Positions 60,404 through 64,000 of a DNA stretch of 64,000 nucleotides are shown one piece after another. Positions within the stretch are counted from its first letter, which is position 1. Every line of letters begins with the position of its first letter. The translations under genes and the position numbers were made by a program. The notes under the pieces are model-generated. The model had not been told where the DNA came from and did no database searches. It was given only the letters and a program-made list of their open reading frames with translations. This DNA is from Candidatus Latescibacterota bacterium (lineage in GTDB: Bacteria; Latescibacterota; UBA2968; SICM01): NCBI GenBank assembly GCA_965217865.1, contig CBDCJO010000002.1, positions 384,001 through 448,000 of the forward strand. The letters run 5' to 3'.

Positions 60404-61575
60404 GAGCTCTCGTCAAGAGGTGTGTAAAAAGGTCAGGCGGCCAGCTTCTTCCCCGAGTCGATAGTGGTCTTGTTGTCGCGGTGGTGCTGTGCGTAGACAG
60501 CCGTTAGCAGATGGGGTGCATTGAGTCGTCGGAAGCGTTTTTCAGCGACCATCAGTGTGCGCCAGATCAGGGCGCTTGCGGCGGCGACCTTTTTGTATCG
60601 CTTGGCCGCGTTGGTTCTCAGGCGGACGGAGGCAAAGGGGCTTTCGACGACATTGGTGGTTCTCAGGTGTCTCCAGTGCTCTGTCGGAAAGTCGAAGAAG
60701 GTGAGCATGCGATCCCAGTCTCGATCAAGGGCCTTGACTGCCTTGGGGAACTGGTCTTGATATCGTGCGATGAACGGCTTGCGAAGCTTCCCGGCATCTG
60801 TAAGGGTGTTGGCGTAGGGGATCTGAACGAGCAACGCCCGAGCCTGGGCCTCTTGGCGTTTGTGGATCTGGTTGAGCACGTTGAGGACCTTGTGGTTCCA
60901 GCACCGCTGCTGCCGGGTCTGTGGCCAGACCTGATTGACCGCGGACCAGATGCCCATATTGCCGTCGGCGACGACGAGAACAGGGTGGCTCAGGCCACGA
61001 TCACGTAAGCCTCTGAGGACCTCCAGCCAGGACTCGGTAGACACCCTGTAGCCGGGCACCAGGGCGAGAACCTCTTTGCGGCCGTCGCTCGTGGCCCCGA
61101 TGACGACCAGCAGGCACGCCTTATCCTTCTCGAGCCCGGCCTTGACGTAGATGCCGTCTGCCCAGGCGTAGACCAACTCGCGATCATCCAGGCGTCGTTC
61201 CTGCCAGGTTTGGTAGTCGGTTTCCCATTGGCCGCGGAGTCGGGCAATCGACGATGAAGACAACGGCGCCCCATCTCCGAGCAGACCCCGCAGGGCCAGC
61301 TCGAAGTCGCCTTGAGCCAGACCGTGCAGATAGAGTTCTGGCAGCAGCGCTCCCACCTCTTTTGTGTGACGCGCGAACAAAGGCAGGATCCGGATCTCGA
61401 AGCGCTCCTTCAACCCACGAACACGGGGTCGCTTGATCTTTATCGTGCCACAGCAGGTCGACAATCGGCGCGGCTTCCCATAGCCGTTGCGATAACCGGG
61501 GGCCGCATCGACAACTCCTTTACGCTCATACCACCCTCGGCCGAGGAACTGGGTCACTTCCTCCTCGGCAATCAT
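60404..61575 (-). mobile_element. IS256-family element, 5'-truncated transposase (60433-61575)
   Basis: YRNGY, YAWADGIY, VADGN.G, QQRCWNHK, RTTNVVES motifs; right IR present. Confidence 0.88.
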
Positions 61576-61802
61576 GGATGGTACAATGTCGTGACGAGAA
61601 TTGATCTGTTCAAGTACAATCTGGTCGGGTACAAAGTGAGCCTATGGGGCAAAGATAGCGGTGGAGATGTCTGTCCCGGAGACGTGAGATACATGAGTCG
61701 CATCTTATTAGAGTTTTATCCACCTCTGAGGGTTGGTAAGTGGATCTTTTTAGTGTCTCAGCCAGACGGTTCCGTTCTGAGAAAGGAGGCCGTAGTCCGA
61801 TT

Positions 61803-62078
61803 ATGAATGCCAAGAATATCCCAGGTATCTTCCGGTTTCTATTATGCTTTACCGTGATTTATTCCATGCTGGCATGGTGTTCGGACATCGCAGCCTCTGA
61901 CAACGCCCAACGTCCCTATGTCCCCTCACGCGAAGTGCCTGCCATTCTTCAATCGACACCCGAAGAAGTAGCCCGGGAGATACTGATGGGTGTAGCCCCT
62001 GGATTCATGGACTTTCCAGAAGGTGGCATGAATTTCAGAACAGCGAGAAAGTCGAGCCGGCCTATAAGAATTTGCTGA
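61803..62078 (+). pseudogene. Short secreted-protein N-terminal fragment
   Basis: AAGGAGG RBS and a signal-peptide-like N-terminus; short and probably truncated. Confidence 0.35.
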
Positions 62079-62383
62079 CCCGGCATTCCCCCGAACGCCT
62101 GAGCAAGTCATTCCCGAACTTTAACCCTGTTTTCGATCGTGTGAGATTCTCACCGAAGAAAGCGCCAGGAAACGATTCACACAGATCACACAGAACCTGT
62201 CCAAAGCGCCCTGATTATTGCCGCATTAAGGTTAAACCAAGCATTTTGATACCAAAATTGTTAGAAAGCGAAAAGCTCGGAAAAAGAGGCCGAAAAAATC
62301 TCGCCTGTTCTTGTGATAACTACAGCGTCAGACTGACGAGGGAGGTGCTGTATTGGGGGGAAAGCCACAAACCTACGCGGTGA

Positions 62384-62674
62384 TTGCTGAAGAGTTCGAC
62401 AAACCTCCTGAAGACGACGACCGTCGTTCCGCGCGGAGAACGGGTTAATTTCGCCTGGATGCTGACCGCGGGAGTGTCGACATCGCTACGAAAGAGGATG
62501 ATCCTTGGTCTTGCCTGGCGTTACACGGATTCCGGTATCGTCGAAACTGGCAAGGCCAAGGGTCGGATTGTCTGGCGCGACGAAAGTCGCGACCCGCTGG
62601 AGATCGATCTTGCCGAAACCAGAGCGAATCTGTCGAGCCAGGGACTTCGGATATCCTTGCGCTACGTGTTCTGA
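62384..62674 (+). pseudogene. C-terminal fragment of an outer-membrane beta-barrel protein
   Basis: FAWMLTAGVS...LGLAWRYTD.G...GLRISLRYVF*. Confidence 0.7.
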
Positions 62675-63258
62675 AGCCGTAGAGTCCACCCGGTTTAGTG
62701 TCAAGGTGCCTGTTTTAAACTCATCGACTTTAGCCGGTTTGCTTTAGCAGTTGCAGTAGCGTATCTTGCGTCTCCCCAGCAGGAAGGAGGCGCAATGGCA
62801 GAATATCGGAATAGTGGGCACAGTGTATATGATTATAAAGTATCACTTTGTGTGGATCACGGGAGGTGCAAATCATTCGGGGGTCGCTGGCCCCCGATCA
62901 TGTGCTCATCCTGGTTTCTTCTCCGCCTTCTCTGGCACCGTCAAAGCTGATCCCATATGTCAAGGGTCGATCATCTCGTAAGCTTCAGGATGAGTTTCCA
63001 GAGCTTCGGAAGAGGTATTGGGGTCAGCATCTGTGGGCCCGGGGCTATTTTTGCGCGACGATGGGGGCGGTCGATGAAGATACGACCAAGAGATACATCG
63101 AATCCCACAAGTGGGAAGAGGATGGTGGCGAAGGCTTCAAGGTAGAGCCACCACCGTCGCCTTAAGCCCGTTCTCAGCGGGAAGCCCTTCAGGCGGCTTC
63201 AGCCGCAAGCCGACTTTCAGTCGAATAAAACCTACCGGCTTTAGCCGGTAGTGGTTCA
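62673..63258 (+). mobile_element. tnpA: IS200/IS605 element with internally deleted tnpA (62795-63165)
   Basis: MAEYRNSGHSVYD / KYHFVWIT / DHVLILVS / YWGQHLWARGYF fragments in different frames; terminal hairpins. Confidence 0.8.
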
Positions 63259-63399
63259 GAGAGAAGCCGGTATGCTGGCCCGGGTGACGGCCCATAGTCT
63301 TTATTCCGAGCACGGTGCCAGCCCGGCCGCCCAAGTCAACGAGGAGTGGTCGAGCGGCCGTATGTCCCGGGCACGGGACGGTCCGAGCAGGAATTCTTC

Positions 63400-64000
63400 A
63401 TGCGCCTTGCATCGTTCATCGCATCCGCCGTCGGTGGAATCCTGGTGCTCTGTTCCATCTCCGACGTGGCGGCCCAGAGTAGGTCCGGGGGGACGCCGCG
63501 CTCCGGGTGGTACGTCGGTGGGGGCATCGGATCGAATTGGGCGTCCGATTTGGACCAGGAGGGCTGGAATCGGGATCCGCTCTGCTATCCAACGGACCTT
63601 TGTTTCGATGCGGATCCCGTTCCCGAAATCTCCGGATACCGCTGGCGTTACGATATCGACGCGGCCGCCGGAGCCGCGTTCGAGATCTCGGCCGGCCTCA
63701 TCTCCGATCGCACACGCATGGAGCTATCGCTCGCGCAACGGAAGAACGGCCTCGACCAGATGTTCCGCAGCATCACCGATTACGATGGAACGCCCATGCA
63801 AGAACGGCGCGGCGGTAACGTCGTATCCAATGCCCGGGCCTCAATCGACAATCTCACCGTGCGCACCCTTGCGCTCAATGTGTACTATGATTTTCCGGAT
63901 GCATACCGCGGGATTTCTCCATACCTGGGCGGTGGGCTGGGTCCCGCATTCGTCGAGGTGTCCGGGGTGCGGTTTTCCACCGATTACGAGGACACATCGG
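63400..64000 (+). CDS. Outer-membrane beta-barrel protein (runs off the window)
   Basis: MRLASFIASAVGGILVLCSISDVAAQ signal peptide, SGWYVGGGIG, NVYYDF...SPYLGGGLG. Confidence 0.75.
   Translation, partial: MRLASFIASAVGGILVLCSISDVAAQSRSGGTPRSGWYVGGGIGSNWASDLDQEGWNRDPLCYPTDLCFDADPVPEISGYRWRYDIDAAAGAAFEISAGLISDRTRMELSLAQRKNGLDQMFRSITDYDGTPMQERRGGNVVSNARASIDNLTVRTLALNVYYDFPDAYRGISPYLGGGLGPAFVEVSGVRFSTDYEDTS

Overview
Bacterial genomic window with three parts. The host is probably an FCB-group or Latescibacterota-like organism; this is inferred from the NFPNPFNP/FlgD-type sorting tail, a dockerin/EF-hand scrap and the PhyH, GHL10 and sulfatase content. (1) 1-17.2 kb is an eroded defence island. 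It holds the C-terminus of a type III-like restriction enzyme, two HEPN relics, an intact GmrSD-type DUF262 nuclease, a pseudogenised type III Res with a 92-bp MITE in its Walker A motif, an intact ~1300-aa SIR2 (Dsr1-like) protein, and IS, integrase and recombinase scraps. (2) 17.6-47.2 kb is a large cluster of apparently cytoplasmic carbohydrate-catabolic genes: PIG-L deacetylase, RG-lyase-like protein, SDR, HpcH aldolase, PhyH, isomerase, Gfo/Idh/MocA, three GHL10-like proteins, a beta-propeller hydrolase, a sialidase-like protein, two GH32 and a truncated sulfatase. It is interrupted by a frameshifted hybrid histidine kinase and by a frameshifted secreted repeat protein, whose leader carries a consensus promoter and a terminator/antiterminator switch. 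(3) 47.2-64 kb holds an IS3 element, a decayed type I RM operon with embedded hicBA, a chimeric ORF containing a type I-E Cas8e (Cse1) fragment, a GT2, a deleted porin, IS200 and IS256 copies, an AGCS transporter and several paralogous small outer-membrane beta-barrels. No rRNA, tRNA or CRISPR array was seen. All family calls come from motif recognition by eye, not database searches. Some junctions and frameshifts could be assembly or sequencing errors.
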